Source: Antedon mediterranea
Taxonomy: Eukaryota > Animalia > Echinodermata
Assembly: GCF_964355755.1 (NCBI RefSeq)
Contig: NC_092677.1
Span: 22,245,175-22,309,174, forward strand
DNA length: 64,000 nucleotides
Reading direction: 5' to 3'
Shown: one piece after another, positions 1 to 14,860 of the stretch
Layout of the letters: the number at the start of each line of letters is the position of its first letter
How positions within the stretch are numbered: position 1 is the stretch's first letter
The notes under the pieces: model-generated
The model's input: only the letters and a program-made list of their open reading frames with translations
Told to the model about the DNA's origin: nothing
The model's database searches: none
Program-made: the position numbers and the translations under genes

Positions 1-224
1 CACTTGAAATAAAAAAGGTCTACACATTTATATTAAACTTATACAGCATATGTCACACTAATATAAAATACAATTGTAAAACGTAGGCATAGAGATCTCC
101 AGCACATATATATTTTAATTATTCAATAGGTTAAATATCCTGTCTTTACTCTTTTTCCATTTCTGATCAGCAGTATAAAAGTTATACGAATACTCATTAT
201 TTATGAGGTTTATAATTTCATTTT

Positions 225-2580
225 TTAATAGCCCCCAAATATTTGCAGATTCTTTTTTTTTTCTGTCGTTTCTAGTTCTTTATATATTATGGAGTATTTA
301 TATATACAAAAAGTAAAAACTGAAATTAATTCGTTTACAAGTTTGTTTGTTGTTCCAAAAATTACATTAACCCACTTTGGGAAGTCTTGCTGTACTGTAA
401 CCTCATTTGGAAGACACTGAACCAGCATATCTTTAAACTTTTTCCAGACTGGTTGAATAGTTTTACATGCAATTAATAAGTGTTTTTCATTTTCTATATG
501 ATTCTTACACTTATTACATTTGTCTGTTGTGGATAATTTCCATCTTTTTAGTCTTTTTTTACATATAAGGATTCGATGTAACAACTTAAAATTAAATTGA
601 GCTACTTTTACCATGTGTTTCATTCTACATACTTTTCTATTCCATATTTCATTACAGTCAATAATTTCATCTCTAAATTCTATTTCCCATTTCTTTTGAG
701 GATTTGGAATAATACATATACCATTTATAAACTGCTTATAATCTTAAGACGATCTTATCCTATTATGAAATATATTATGTTCTCTAAATTGTATATCTAT
801 GCATGCATTTTCCATATATCAGGTATTGCATTTATTGTTGCAAAGTATTCAATTAATCCCTTCTGTTTATTTGACCGAGTTGGAATAATTTCTGCTGCAG
901 TCAATAACCTGTTATTTACGACTATATCATTTACTCTTTTGTATCCAGAGTTTAACCAGGTGTTGAAATATAGAGATTTTCCCTCAATTGATGTTATAAA
1001 TATGTTTTCCCATAAGTGTTGTGACTTAATTTCTTGTAAATTTTGCGGCTCTAAACAATATACAATATTGTTTAATTTAAAAGCTGATTTCAACATATTC
1101 ATATAAAATACTGGCATATTTTTTAATTTAGTATGCGCTTCAGTATTTAATTTACTACAATTCGCAGTATAATCAACTGGATGCATATAGTAGTTTGGAA
1201 TACATTTCCAAATACCTGGGTTAGGATTTAACAGTCTATTAACCCAACTCAACTTCAGAGAGTCCACTAAGATATTAAAATTCACCATATTTATACCACC
1301 TTTATCTACTGTGTTTATAAGAGTTTTTCCTTTAATTTTTTCCCTTTTTCCTCCCCACAAAATCTATATAACAATGTATCAACTTTTGGAAAGATATAAG
1401 ATGGTACATCTATTATACAAGCATTGTATATTAACTTCGAAATGGCAAGAGATTTTATTACTGTTGCCTTGCCAAAAAACGTAAGGTTTCGTTTTTCCCA
1501 TAGTTTTAGTGTATTCTCTAATTTTAAAACTGTATCATCCCAATTTCGTTTAACACAAGTATGTTTATCATACCCTACGTAGATTCCAAGGAATTTTACT
1601 GGTTCTTTGGTCCATTTGATATTAAATGGCGATGTTTGTTTGTTCTTATTTGCTCCAATCCAAATTCCTTTCGATTTACTTTTATTTAACCTTAAACCTG
1701 ATATTGAACAGAACATTTTCAATTTCACACAGAAAATGGTTTAAACTAATTTCATCCTTTGTAAATATTACAGTATCGTCAGCTAGTTGAGCTATTTTAA
1801 CAATATGATCTTCATTTTCATAAAGCAGACAAAGGACAACCCTGTCTTACACCACATCTCATATTGAATATTTCAGATATCCAACCATTGTGGGTTACAA
1901 GGCATTGCGTATCTGTATATATAGTTTTTATTAAGTTAATAAATCACTGTCCAAAACCATATCTTTTCAGACATATAAACATTAAATTTCTATCTATAGA
2001 ATCAAACGCCTTGGCAAAGTCTAGAAAAACTATTGCACCTGGCTGATTGTTATTTTCTGTATATTACAATACATCTTCTACTAACCTAATATTCTCTCCT
2101 CCAAATCTCCTTTTGACATAACCTTTCTGATCATATCCAATTATAGATCCAATTACAATTTGCATTCTATTGGAGAGAACATGAGCCATTACTTTATATT
2201 CTACATTCAGTAGTCTTATAGGCCTCCAGTTTTCTAGTTTTTCTCTTTGTCCGCCTTTAAACAGTAGATTTGTAATACCTAGTCTTTGTGAGCCGCCTAA
2301 TCTTTTGCTAATATAGCAGTGATTCAAAGCGTCACATAACATATCTTTAATATCAACCCAAAAATGTCTATAAAATTCAATACTCAAACCATCCGAACCT
2401 GGACTTTTGTTGAGTTTCATTTTTTCTATAGCATTTGTAAGTTCTTCTGCTGATATTAATCGTTCACATTTCACAGAGTTGTCATAAGAAAGTGTATTTA
2501 TTTTAGTGTTTCTTACATACTTATTTATCCTACCCTGTGGAATTGTTTTACATGCATACAACTTTTCATAAAAGCTTACT
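225..2580 (-). pseudogene. Decayed L1/Tx1-like LINE ORF2 (RT plus C-terminal zf-RVT), 5' end replaced by satellite
   Basis: Frameshifted ORF pieces give KSPGSDGL, NWRPI, DFAKAFDSI, QLADDT (~1772-1789), KFLGIY, GGINM and CNKC..E..KHLLIAC. The coding sequence stops abruptly where the 25-bp array starts (~2581). Confidence 0.88.
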
Positions 2581-5500
2581 TGTTCGACCCCGATTTTACT
2601 TACAGACATCGACCTTGTTTTAACGTACAGATATCGACCCCGTTTTGACGTACAGACATCGACAGCGATTAAACGTAAAGACAACGACCCCGATTTCACG
2701 AACAGACATCGATCCCGTATTTACGTACAGGCATCGACCCCGATTTTACGTACAGACATCGACCCCGATTTTACGTACATACATCGACCTCTATTTTACA
2801 TACAGAGATCGACCCAGTTTTTTACGTACAGACATCGACCCCGATTTTACGTACAGACATCGACCCCGATTTAACGTACATACATCGAACCCGATTTTAC
2901 GTACAGTCATCGACCAAGTTTTTACGTACAGACATCACCCTCGATTTTACGTACAGACATCGACCCCAATTTTACGTACAGACATCGACCCCGATTTTAC
3001 GTACAGACATCGACCCTGATTTTACGTACAGACATCGACCCCGTTTTTACATAGAGACATCGACCCCCGATTTTACGTACAGACATCGACCCTGTTTTTA
3101 CGTACAGACATCGACCTAGTTTTTACGTACCGACATCGACCTCGATTTTACGTACAGACATCGACCCCGATTTTACGTACAGACATCGACCTAGTTTTGA
3201 CGTACAGAAATCGACCCCTTTCTGACGTACAGACATCGACACCGATTTTACATAAAGACATCGACCCCGATTTCACGTACAGACATCGACCACGTTTTTA
3301 CGTACTGATATCGACCCCGATTTACCATAGAGACATCGATCCCGATTTTAAGTACATACATCGACTCCGTTTAACGTACATACATCGACCCCGACTTTAC
3401 TTCCACACATCGACCCAGTTTTTACGTACAGACAGCGACACCGTTTCACGTACCAACATCAACCTCGATTTTACGTACAGACATCGACCCTGATTTTACG
3501 TACATACAGCGACACCGTTTGACGTACCGACAACAACCTCGATTTTACATACATACATCGACCCCGATTTTACGTACATACATCGACCCTGATTTTACGT
3601 ACAGACATTGACCTCGATTTTACGTACATGCATTGACCCTGATTTTACGTACAGACATCGACCTCGATTTTACGTACAGTCATCGACCCAAATTTTATGT
3701 ACAGACAGAGACCTAGTTTTTACGTACAGACATCGACTCTGTTTTTACGTACCGACATCGACCTAATTTTTACGTACCGACATCGACCTCGATTTTACGT
3801 ACAGACATCGACCCTGATTTTACGTACAGACATCGACCTAGTTTAGACGTACAGACATCGACACAGATTTTACGCAAAGACATCGACCCCGATTTCACGT
3901 ACAGACATCGACCACGTTTTCACGTACAGACATCGACACAGTTTTGACGTACAGACAGCGACACCGTTTTACGTACAGATTACGCCCCCGATTTTACGTA
4001 CAGAAATCGACCTAGTTTTTAGGTACAGACATCGACACCGATTTTACGTACAGACATCGACCCCGATTTTACGTACAGACATCGACCTAGTTTTTACATA
4101 CAGACATCGACCCTGATTTTACATACAGGCATCGACCTAGTTTTGACGTACAGACATCGACCCCGTTTTTACATACACATACACATCGACCTCGATTTTA
4201 CGTAAAGACATCGACCCCGATTTTACGTGCAGACATCGAACCCGTTTTTACGTACAGGTATCGACAATGATTTTACGTACAGACATCGACCTAGTTTTTA
4301 ACTACAGACATCGACCACGTTTTTACGTACAGAAATCGACCCTGATTTTACGTACAGACATGTACCTCGATTTTACGTACCTACATCGACCAAAAATCAA
4401 CGTAGAGACATCGACCCCGATTTTACGTACATACATCGACAATGATTTTACGTACAGACATCGACCTAGTTTTCACGTACAGACATCGACCCCGTTTTTA
4501 CATACAGACATAGATCTAGTTTTTTACGTACAGAGATCGACCTAGTTTTTACGCAAGACATCGTCCCGATTTAACGTACAGCCATCGACCCCGTACTTAC
4601 GTACAGACATTGACCTAGTTTTTACGTACATACATCGACTCCGTTTAACGTACCAACATCGACCCCGTTTTTACGTACAGACATCGACTCCATTTTTACG
4701 TAAAGATATCGACCCCGATTTTACGTACGGACAGCGACCCTGATTTTACGTACAGACATCGACCCCGTTTTGAGGTACAGACATCGACACCGATTTTACG
4801 CAAAGACAACGATCCCGATTTCACGTACAGACATCGACCCCGATTTTACGTACAGTCATCGACCCAGTTTTTACGTACAGACATCAACTTCGATTTTACG
4901 TACAGACATTGACCCCGATTTTACGTACATACATCGACCCCGATTTTACATACATACATCGACTCCTATTTTACATACAGACAACGACCCCGATTTTACG
5001 TACAGATATCGACCTAGTTTTGACGTACAGATATCTACCCCGTTTTGACGTACAGACATCGACACCAATTTTACGCAAAGACAACGACCTCGATTTCACG
5101 AATATACATCGATCCCGTATTTACGTACAGACATCGATCCCGTATTTACTTACAGACATCGACCTTGTTTCTACGTACAAACATCGACCCCGATTTAACG
5201 TACATATATCGATCCCGATTTTACGTACATACATCGACTCCGATTTTACGTACATACATTGACCCGATTTTACGTACAGTCATCGACTCCTATTTTACGT
5301 ACAGACATCGACCTCAATTTTACGTACAGACATCGACCTATTTTTACGTACAGACATCGAACCCGTTATTACATACAGATATCGACTCCGCTTTTACGTA
5401 CAGATATCGACCTAGTTTTTACGTACCGACATCGACCTCGATTTTACATACAGACAACGACCCCGATTTTACGTACAGACATCGACCTAGCTTTGAACTA

Positions 5501-6460
5501 CAGACATCGACTGCGTTTTTACGTACATACATCGACCCCAATTTTACGTAAAGATATCGACCCAGTTTTTTCGTACAGACATCGAACCCATTTTTACGTA
5601 CAGACATCGACCTAGTTTTGAACAACAGACATCGACTCCGTTTTACGTACAGACATCGACCCTGATTTTACATACAGAAATGTACCCCGATTTTACGTAC
5701 AGACATCGACCCCGATTTTACGTATAGACATCGACCTTGATTTAACGTACAGACATCGAACCCGTTTTTACGTGCAGACATCGATCCCGCTTTTACGTAC
5801 ATAAATCGACCACGATTTAACGTAGAGACATCGACCCCGATTTTACGTACAGACATCGACAATAATTTTACGTACAGACATCGACCTAGTTTTGACCTAC
5901 AGACATCGACTTAGTTTTAACCTACAGACATCGACACCGGTTTTACGTACAGACATCGACCCTGACTTTACATACAGACATCGACCTAGTTTTGACGTAC
6001 AGACATCGACCCCGTCTTTACATACAGACATCGATCTTGTTTTTTACGTACAGAGATCGACCTAGTTTTTACGTACCGACATCGACCCCGATTTTACGTA
6101 CAGACAGCGACCCCGATTTTACATCGACCTAGTTTTGACGGACATATATCGACCCCGTTTTGACGTACAGACATCGACACCGATTTTACGCCAGACGTTG
6201 ACCCCGATTTCACGTACAGACATCGACCCCGTATTTACGTACCGACATCGACCTAGTTTTTACGTACATACATCGACTCCGTTTAACGTACCGACATCGA
6301 CACCGTTTTTACGTACAGACATCGACTCCGTTCTTACGTAAAGACATCGACCTTGGTTTTACGTACAGACAGCGACTCCGGTTTTACGTACAGACATCGA
6401 CTCCGTTTTGACGTACAGACATCGACACCGATTTTACGCAAAGACAACGACCCTGATTTC
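2581..6460. repeat. 25-bp satellite, block 1 (consensus GACATCGACCCCGATTTTACGTACA)
   Basis: Period of 25 is directly visible (CAG(A/G)CATC at 2703, 2728, 2753). Roughly 155 diverged units. Confidence 0.97.
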
Positions 6461-7794
6461 TCACACAAAACATCAAAGTGTACAGAATAGCTTCAAATCG
6501 CATTTTGAGACGTTTTAGAACATTTTGTGCATTTCGATGAAACTTGGTTACACAAAAACATCAAAGTGCTTAGAATCACAATAGAAACCGTTTTAGACCA
6601 TTTTGAGCATTTCGATAAAACTTTTCACACAAAAATATCAAAGAGCACAAAATAGCTTAGGCCCTGTTCAGACCCATGGCATTAGACCGTTTTAGCGTAC
6701 GACGCTAAAAGAATGTGTGTCTGAACAGTTAGGGATTAGCGTACAACGCGTCGTACAACGGTTGTAGCGTTGTAGTGGAAAACGGTTGATAGTACCGTTT
6801 TAGCGTACGACGCTACTGTAAGTCAACGTTGTATCCAATCAGAAGGTTTCCTGTTATGACGCGAAACAAGGTTTGACCTAGGCTGACATGTTGTATCGTC
6901 AATGTGTGAGATGGATTTCAATAACAAAAAGGCCAGAATAAATAAGGCCTAACTACACTACAAATACAACTGTTACAAAGGCTACAAACTATTATCAACT
7001 GATTACCATTATATTTTCTAACAAATGACATAAATACATGCACCTTGTATTTAAACATAGGGACTACGATCCCATCCGCTTTTAGGCCTAGGCCTAGAGC
7101 CATTCAGCCATTTCATTCAAGCTAAAAACTAGCGTGGGACATCAAGTCACTCATTCATACAAGGCAGACTAGACTGGACAAGTTTAATGCTGAAAATCCC
7201 ATAACTCCTAAAAAAATCAGTAAACAAACAAGGGGAGCTGTGTCCCTTTTATTAGCAAGTTAACGGTTATTTTCAATCGACTGGACCAAAGAATATATAT
7301 CTTTGACTGGACTGGATAGACTAATCACAATCATATTTTTCTTCATTATTACGAGGCCTGCTTTATTTTCGTAACACAAGAGCCTGGGGAAAATGTTTTT
7401 TACTACAAAATAAAAACAATTGAAACAGAAATTTGGCTTTACTATATTTTTCTTAAATAAATGCTGAGGTATGTTTTATTTACGGCAAATGTTGTCATAA
7501 TTGTAGGGCTGAGATCTAGGCCTATATACAGTGGAAATAATGATGAAAACACGTGGGTAAGAGCACATGAATATGCAACTAGAAACAACCTGGATGACGT
7601 ACTTCCGTTGTAACGATAATCGTACGCTATGGGTCTGAACACCTCGTTTTTTTCTCTGCGGTTTGTAACGTGACCTTGATAGTAACGTTGTACGCTAAAA
7701 CGGTCTAACGCCATGGGTCTGAACAGGGCCTACATATCGTATTTAAAAACGTTTTAGACCATTTTGAGCATTTCGACAAAACTTTTTCACAAAA
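6461..7794 (+). repeat. Short block of ~86-bp repeat (ACACAAAACATCAAAGTG...TTTTAGACCATTTTG), interrupted by a MITE
   Basis: Same unit as 14099-14860. The unit resumes at 7733 after the MITE. Confidence 0.85.
6660..7730. mobile_element. PIF/Harbinger-like MITE
   Basis: ~40-bp TIR GGCCCTGTTCAGACCCATGGC(A/G)TTAGACCGTTTTAGCGTAC. Flanks are TTA / TAC (TA shared). Subterminal GTCTGAAC copies are present. No coding capacity seen. Confidence 0.85.
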
Positions 7795-8916
7795 ATACAG
7801 ACAACGACCCCGATTTTACGTACAGACATCGACCTAGTTTTGACGTACAGATATCTACCCGATTTCACGAATAGACATCGATTCCGTATTTACGTACAGA
7901 CATTGACCTAGTATTTACGTACAGACATCGACCACGATTTTGCGTACCGACATCGACCCTGTTTTTACATACAGACATCGATCCCGTATTTACTTACAGA
8001 CATCGACCTAGTTTCTACGTACAAACATCGACCCCGATTTTACGTGCAGACATCGACCCCTTTTTACGTACAGACATCGACCTAGTTTTGAACTACAGAC
8101 ATCGACATCGACCCTGATTTTACGTACATACATCGACCCCGATTTTAAGTACATACATTGAACCCGATTTTACATACAGACATCGACCCCAATTTTACGT
8201 ACATACATCGACCCCGATTTTACGTAAGGTCATCGACCCCGATTTTACGTACAGACATCGACCCCGATTTTAGGTACAGACATCGACTTAGTTTTTACGT
8301 ACAGCATCGACCCTGATTTTACATACATTCATCGACCTAGTTTTGACGTACAGACATCGACCCCGTTTTTACATACAGATATCGAATCCGATTTTACGCA
8401 CAGACATCGACCCCGATTTTACGTGCAGACACCGACCCCGTTTTTACGTACAGGCATCGACCACGATTTAATGTATAGACATCGACCCCGATTTTATGTA
8501 CAGACATCGAACTAGTTTTTACGTACAGACATCGACCTAGTTTTTACGTACAGACATCGGCCTAGTTTTTACGTACAGACATCGACCTAGTTTTTACGTA
8601 CCGACATCGACCTCGATTTTACGTGCAGACATCGACCCCGATTTTAAGTACAGACATCGACCTAGCTTTGAACTACAGACATCGACTGCGTTTTTACGTA
8701 CATACATCGACCCCGATTTTACGTACAGATATCGACCCAGTTTTTTCGTACAGACATCGACCCCGATTTTACGTACAGACATCGACCTAGATTTTACGTA
8801 CATACATCGACCCCGATTTTACGTACATACATCGACCCCGATTTTACGTACAGACATCGACCCCGATTTTACGTACATACATCGACCCGATTTTACGTAC
8901 AGTCATCGACCCAGTT
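7795..8916. repeat. 25-bp satellite, block 2
   Basis: Same 25-bp unit. Confidence 0.97.
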
Positions 8917-10885
8917 GCCATAATGAAAGCGAAGTTTCAAATTATTTCAATAAATACTTCGCAAATATTGCTTCCGATTTAATGAAGAAATTGCCTTCTC
9001 CCAGTAACCTTTTTAGTGTGGGTTCGAATGCCTTTAAAAATTACTATAATAGCAAAATCAAACATGTTTCTGGTTTTTCTCTCGAAGAAATTGACGAGAG
9101 CCTTATCGAAGAGGAATTGAGAAATCTCAACCCATCTAAAAGTGTAGGCCTTGATCAGATTCCTGCAAAATTTCTTAGAGACGGAGCTCCTAATATTAAA
9201 ATACCAATAACACATATAATTAACCTCTCCATTAAATACGAACGTATTCCCTCGGATTTTAAACTCGCAAAAGTCACGCCCCTTCATAAAAAGAATTCCA
9301 GAACTGAGGCTAACAATTACAGACCTATAAGCATTCTCTCCTCAGTTTCGAAAATTCTGGAGAAGGTGGTATATATACAAGTTTCCGATTACCTTGAAAG
9401 GAATCAACTTATCTACGATCATCAATCCGGTTTTCGTAGATATTTTCTACCGACACATGTCTTATCCATCTTAGAGATCACCTTAGAGTTCAAATGTCAA
9501 ATGGTTTATTTACGGGTATGGTTTTACTCGATGTCCAAAAGGCCTTTGACTCGGTCAATCATGATATTTTGTGTAAAAAACTTAAGTATCTAGGATGCCG
9601 GTCTATCGGTTGGTTTCAAGCGTACCTGTCTGGGCGAAATCAGATTGTCGATATTAAAGGTACCAAATCGAACTCTATTGAGATTGGATGTGGAGTCCCC
9701 CAGGGTAGCCTTTTGGGTCCTCTCTTGTTTTTTATTTACGTGAATGACCTACCATCTAGTATCGAAAGTGATTGTAAAGTTGTTTTGTACGCTGACGATT
9801 GTGCAATTTTTTACTCCCATAAAGATCCAATCGCAATCCAATCTAAACTCCAAAACAATCTCGTATCATGCAATAATTGGCTGATCGACAATCAACTTTC
9901 GCTTCATATGGGTAAGACCGAATGCATCCTGTATGGTTCTAAACGTAGATTAAGCAAAGTAAACGAATTCTATATTGATTGCTTTGGAACGACTATAAAT
10001 GGATCAAAATCTATCAAATATCTAGGTATTGAGATTGACCAAAATGTATCAGGTGACGTCATTGCCCGCTCTGTTATAAACAAAGCAAACGGCAGACTGA
10101 AATTTCTGTACCGACAATCATCATTTCTTAATTCACATTGTCGCAAAATTCTTAGTTTTGCTTTAATCCAACCGATGTTCGATTATTCGGTTTGCTCATG
10201 GTCTTCTACGGTAAATAAAAATTTAAAATCAAAATTACAAACGACTCAATACAAAGTGGTTCGTTTTATAAAAAAGTTAGGTCCCCGATCTCATGTTGGT
10301 CAATCTCAGCTAAACGACGTTGGTATGTTAATAGTCCAAGACCGTGTCGAATTTCTTAGAGTCTGTCATGTTTTTAAAATATATAATCATTGTTGTCCAC
10401 CTTATTTATGCAATCGCTTTATTAGAATTTCAGACAGTCATAATTACAATACTAGGGGATGCAATTTTAATTTTAGAATCCCAACTATCAAGCCAATGGC
10501 ACATGTGACCTTTTTTTACAATGCTATTAAAGAATGGAATAATTTACCAATTAACATTAAGGAATCACAAACTGTTTGTTGTTTTAAAAGTAAAGTTAAA
10601 AAGTATCTACAGGAACGTTCACTAGCTCTAGAAACTATTTAATTAGCGCTTCTTCTTTTTTCGATTGTCCTTTTTGCTGTTTTTTGTTATTTTTATTATG
10701 TTGCTTTGTTTGTCTTTTTTGCTGTTCTTTCAAAGGACCTCATTGGAAACAAGTCCGTAGAGGACTTTTATGAGTTATCCTTGGCATCCTTGTTTTATAT
10801 TGGTATTTTTATATTTGCCAATTTTAATTGTATGTCTGTGATATTTTATGTACTGATGCCGAAATAAATCAAATCAAATCAAATC
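8917..10885 (+). mobile_element. 5'-truncated LINE (CR1/L2 group, Daphne/Crack-like) inserted in the satellite
   Basis: RT motifs NYRPISIL, QSGFR, DVQKAFDSV, GVPQGSLLGPLLF, YADD and KYLG. One frameshift near 9445. 3'UTR hairpin AAGTCC-GTAGA-GGACTT, AATAAA, (AAATC)n tail, and (C)AGTT repeated on both sides. Confidence 0.92.
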
Positions 10886-13800
10886 AGTTTTTAAGTACAG
10901 ACATCAACCCCGATTTTCCGTACAGGCATCGACTCCGATTTAACGTACCAAACTTCGATCCCGATTTTATGTATACACATCGACCCCGATTTTAAGTACA
11001 GACATCGACCCCGATTTTACGTACATACATCGACCCCAATTTTACGTACAGACATCGACCCCGATTTTACGTACAGACATCGACCTAGTTTTTACGTAAA
11101 GACATCCACCCTGATTTTACATACAGACATCGACCTAGTTTTGACGTGCAGACATCGACCCCGTTTTTACTCCGTTTTTACGTACAGACATCGACCTAGT
11201 TTTTACGTACCGACATCAACCTCGATTTTACGTACAGACATTGACCCCGATTTTACGTACAGACATCGACCTAGTTTTTAAGTATAGACATCCACCCTGA
11301 TTTTACATGCAGATATCGACCTAGTTTGGACGTACAGACATCGACCCCGTTTTTACATACATATATTGACTCCGTTTTTACGTACAGACATCGACCTAGT
11401 TTTTACGTACCGACATCAACCTCGATTTTACGTACAGACATTGACCCCGATTTTACGTACATTCATCGACCTCGATTTTAGGTACAGACATCGACCCCAA
11501 TTTTACGTACAGACATCGACATAGTTTTGACGTACAGACATCGACCCCGATTTCACGAACAGACATCGATCCCGTATTTACGTACAGACATCGATCTCGT
11601 ATTTACGTACAGACATCGATCCCGTTTTTACGTACAGACATCGACCCTGATTTTACGTACATACATCGACCACGATTTTATGTACATACGTCGATCCCTA
11701 TTTTACGTACAGAAATCGACTCCGTTTAACGTACCGACATCGACCCCGATTTTATATACACACATCGACCTAGTTTTTACGTAAAGACCTCGACATAGTT
11801 TTTATGCAATGACAGCGACCCCGACTTTACGTACAGATATGGACCCTGATTTTACATACAGACATCGACCCAGTTTTTACGTACAGACATCGACCACGTT
11901 TTTACGTACAGACATCGACCCCGTTTTTACGTACAGACATCGACCCCGTTTTTACGTACAGACATCGACCTAGTTTTGAACTACAGACATCGACATCGAC
12001 CCTGATTTTACGTATAGACATGTACCCTGATTTTACTTACATACATCGACCCCGATTTTACGTACATACATTGAACCCGATTTTACGTACAGACATCGAC
12101 ACCGATTTTACGTACATACATCGACCCCGATTTTACGTAAGGTCATCGACACAGTTTTTACGTACAGACATAAACCACGATTTCCCGTACATACATCGAC
12201 CCCAATTTTACGTACATACATCGACCCCGATTTGATATACAGACATCGACCCCGATTTTACGTACAGACATCGACCCCGATTTTAGGTACAGACATCGAC
12301 TTAGTTTTTACGTACATCATCGACCCTGATTTTACATACATTCATCAACCTAGTTTTGACGTACAGACATCGACCCCGTTTTTACATACAGATATCGAAT
12401 CCGATTTTACGCACAGACATCGACCCCGATTTCACGTGCAGACACCGACCCCGTTTTTACGTACAGGCATCAACCATGATTTAATGTACAGACATCGACC
12501 CCGATTTTATGTACAGACATCGAACTAGTTTTTACGTACAGACATCGACCTAGTTTTTACGTACAGACATCGGCCTAGTTTTTACGTACAGACATCGACC
12601 TAGTTTTAACGTACTGACATCGACCTCGATTTTACGTGCAGACATCGACCCCGATTTTACGTATAGACATCGACCTAGCTTTGAACTACAGACATCGACT
12701 GCGTTTTTACGTACATACATCGACCCCGATTTTAAGTACAGATATCGACCCAGTTTTTTTGTACAGACATCGACCCCATTTTTACGTACAGACATCGACC
12801 TAGTTTTGAACTACAGACATCGACTCCGGTTTTACGTACAGACATCGACCCTGGTTTTACATACAGAAATGTACCCCGATTTTACGTACAGACATCGACC
12901 CCGATTTTACGTATAGACATCGACCTTGATTTAACGTACAGACATCGAACCCGTTTTTACGTGCAGACATCGATTCCGTTTTTACGTACATAAATCGACC
13001 ACGATCTAACGTAGAGACATCGACCCCGATTTTACGTACAGACATCGACAATGATTTTACGTACAGACATCGACCTAGTTTTGACCTACAGACATCGACT
13101 TCGATTTTACGTGCAGACGTCGACCCCGATTTTACGTACAGACATCGACCTAGATTTGAACTACAGACATCGACTGCGTTTTTACGTACATACATCGACC
13201 CCGATTTTACGTACAGATATCGACCCAGTTTTTTCGTAAAGACATCGACCCCATTTTTACGTACAGACATCGACCCTGATTTTACATACAGAAATGTACC
13301 CCGATTTTACGTACAGACATCGACCCCGATTTTACGTACAGACATCGACCCCGATTTTACGTATAGACATCGACCTTTGATTTAACGTACAGACATCGAA
13401 CCCGTTTTTACGTGCAGACATCGATCCCATTTTCACGTACATAAATCGACCACGATTTAACGTAGAGACATCGACCCCGATTTTACGTACAGACATCGAC
13501 AATGATTTTACATACAGACATCGACCTAGTTTTGACCTACAGACATCGACTTAGTTTTGACCTACAGACATCGACACCGGTTTTACGTACAGACTTCGAC
13601 CCTGATTTTACATACAGACATCGACCTAGTTTTGACGTACAGACATCGACCCCGTCTTTACATAGACATCGATCTTGTTTTTTACGTACAGAGATCGACC
13701 TAGTTTTTACGTACCGACATCTACCCCGATTTTTCGTACAGACAGCGACCCCGATTTTACATCGACCTAGTTTTGACGGACATATATCGACCCCGTTTTG

Positions 13801-14098
13801 ACGTACAGACATCGACACCGATTTTACGCAAGACGTCGACCCCGATTTGACGTACAGACATCGAACCCATATTTACGTACAGACATCGACCTAGTTTTTA
13901 CGTACATACATCGACTCCGTTTAACGTACCGACATCGACCCCGTTTTTACGTACAGACATCGACTCCGTTCTTACGTAAAGACATCGACCCCGATTATAC
14001 GTACAGACAGCGACTCCGATTTTACGTACAGAAATCGACCCCGTTTTGACGTACAGACATCGACACCCATTTTACGCAAAGACAACGACCCCGATTTC
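10886..14098. repeat. 25-bp satellite, block 3
   Basis: Same unit. Shares ordered runs of variant monomers with blocks 1 and 2. Confidence 0.97.
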
Positions 14099-14860
14099 TC
14101 ACACAAAACATCAAAGTGTACAGAATAGCTTTAAATCGCATTTGGAGACGTTTTAGACCATTTTGTGATTTTCGAAAAAAAACATGTTAACATAAAAACA
14201 TAAAAGTGTACAGAATAACTTCAAATCGCATTTGGAGACGTTTTAGACCATTTTGTGCATTTCGATAAAACTTTTCACACAAAACATCAAAGTGCACAAA
14301 ATAGCTTAATATGGTATTTAAAAACGTTTTAGACCATTTTGAGCATTTCGACAAAACTTTTTCACACAAAACATCAAAGTGTACAGATTAGCTCCAAATC
14401 GCATTTGGAGAGGTTTTAGACCAACTTGTGATTTTCGAAAAAAACTTGTTAACATAAAAACACCAAAGTGCTATGAATAGCTTCAAATCGCATTTGGAGA
14501 CGTTTTAGACCATTTTGTGCATTTCAATGAAACATGTAAGCATAAAAACACCAAAGTGCCTAGAATAGCTTCAAATAGCAGTTGTGGTTTTCGAACGAAC
14601 TTGTTAACATAAAAACACCAAAGTGCTAAGAATAGCTTCAAATCGCATTTGGAGACGTTTTAGACCATTTTGTGATTTTCGAAAAAACTTGTTATCATAA
14701 AAACACCAAAGTGTTTAGAATAGCTTCAAATCACATTTGGAGACGTTTTAGATCATTTTGTGCATTTCGATGAAACTTGGTCACACAAAAACATCAAAGT
14801 GCTAAAATCACATTAGAAACCGTTTTAGATCATTTTGAGCATTTCGATGAAACTTTTCAC
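14099..14860 (+). repeat. ~86-bp tandem repeat, forward block
   Basis: Unit AAAACATCAAAGTGTACAGAATAGCTTCAAATCGCATTTGGAGACGTTTTAGACCATTTTG... recurs at ~14101, 14191, 14277, 14363. Confidence 0.93.

Noticed and set aside
2581-2699. N-terminal part of ORF 2064-2699 as a LINE-satellite fusion protein
   Set aside because: Chance read-through from satellite into a broken LINE frame.
2645-14049. Many short ORFs of the TYRHRPRFYVQTSTPILRTDIDPDF type
   Set aside because: Translation artefacts of the 25-bp unit cycling through the three frames.
2581-14098. CRISPR-like array (constant blocks with a variable core)
   Set aside because: The variable part is only ~5 nt and recurs, there are no unique spacers or cas genes, and the context is eukaryotic. 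It is a satellite.
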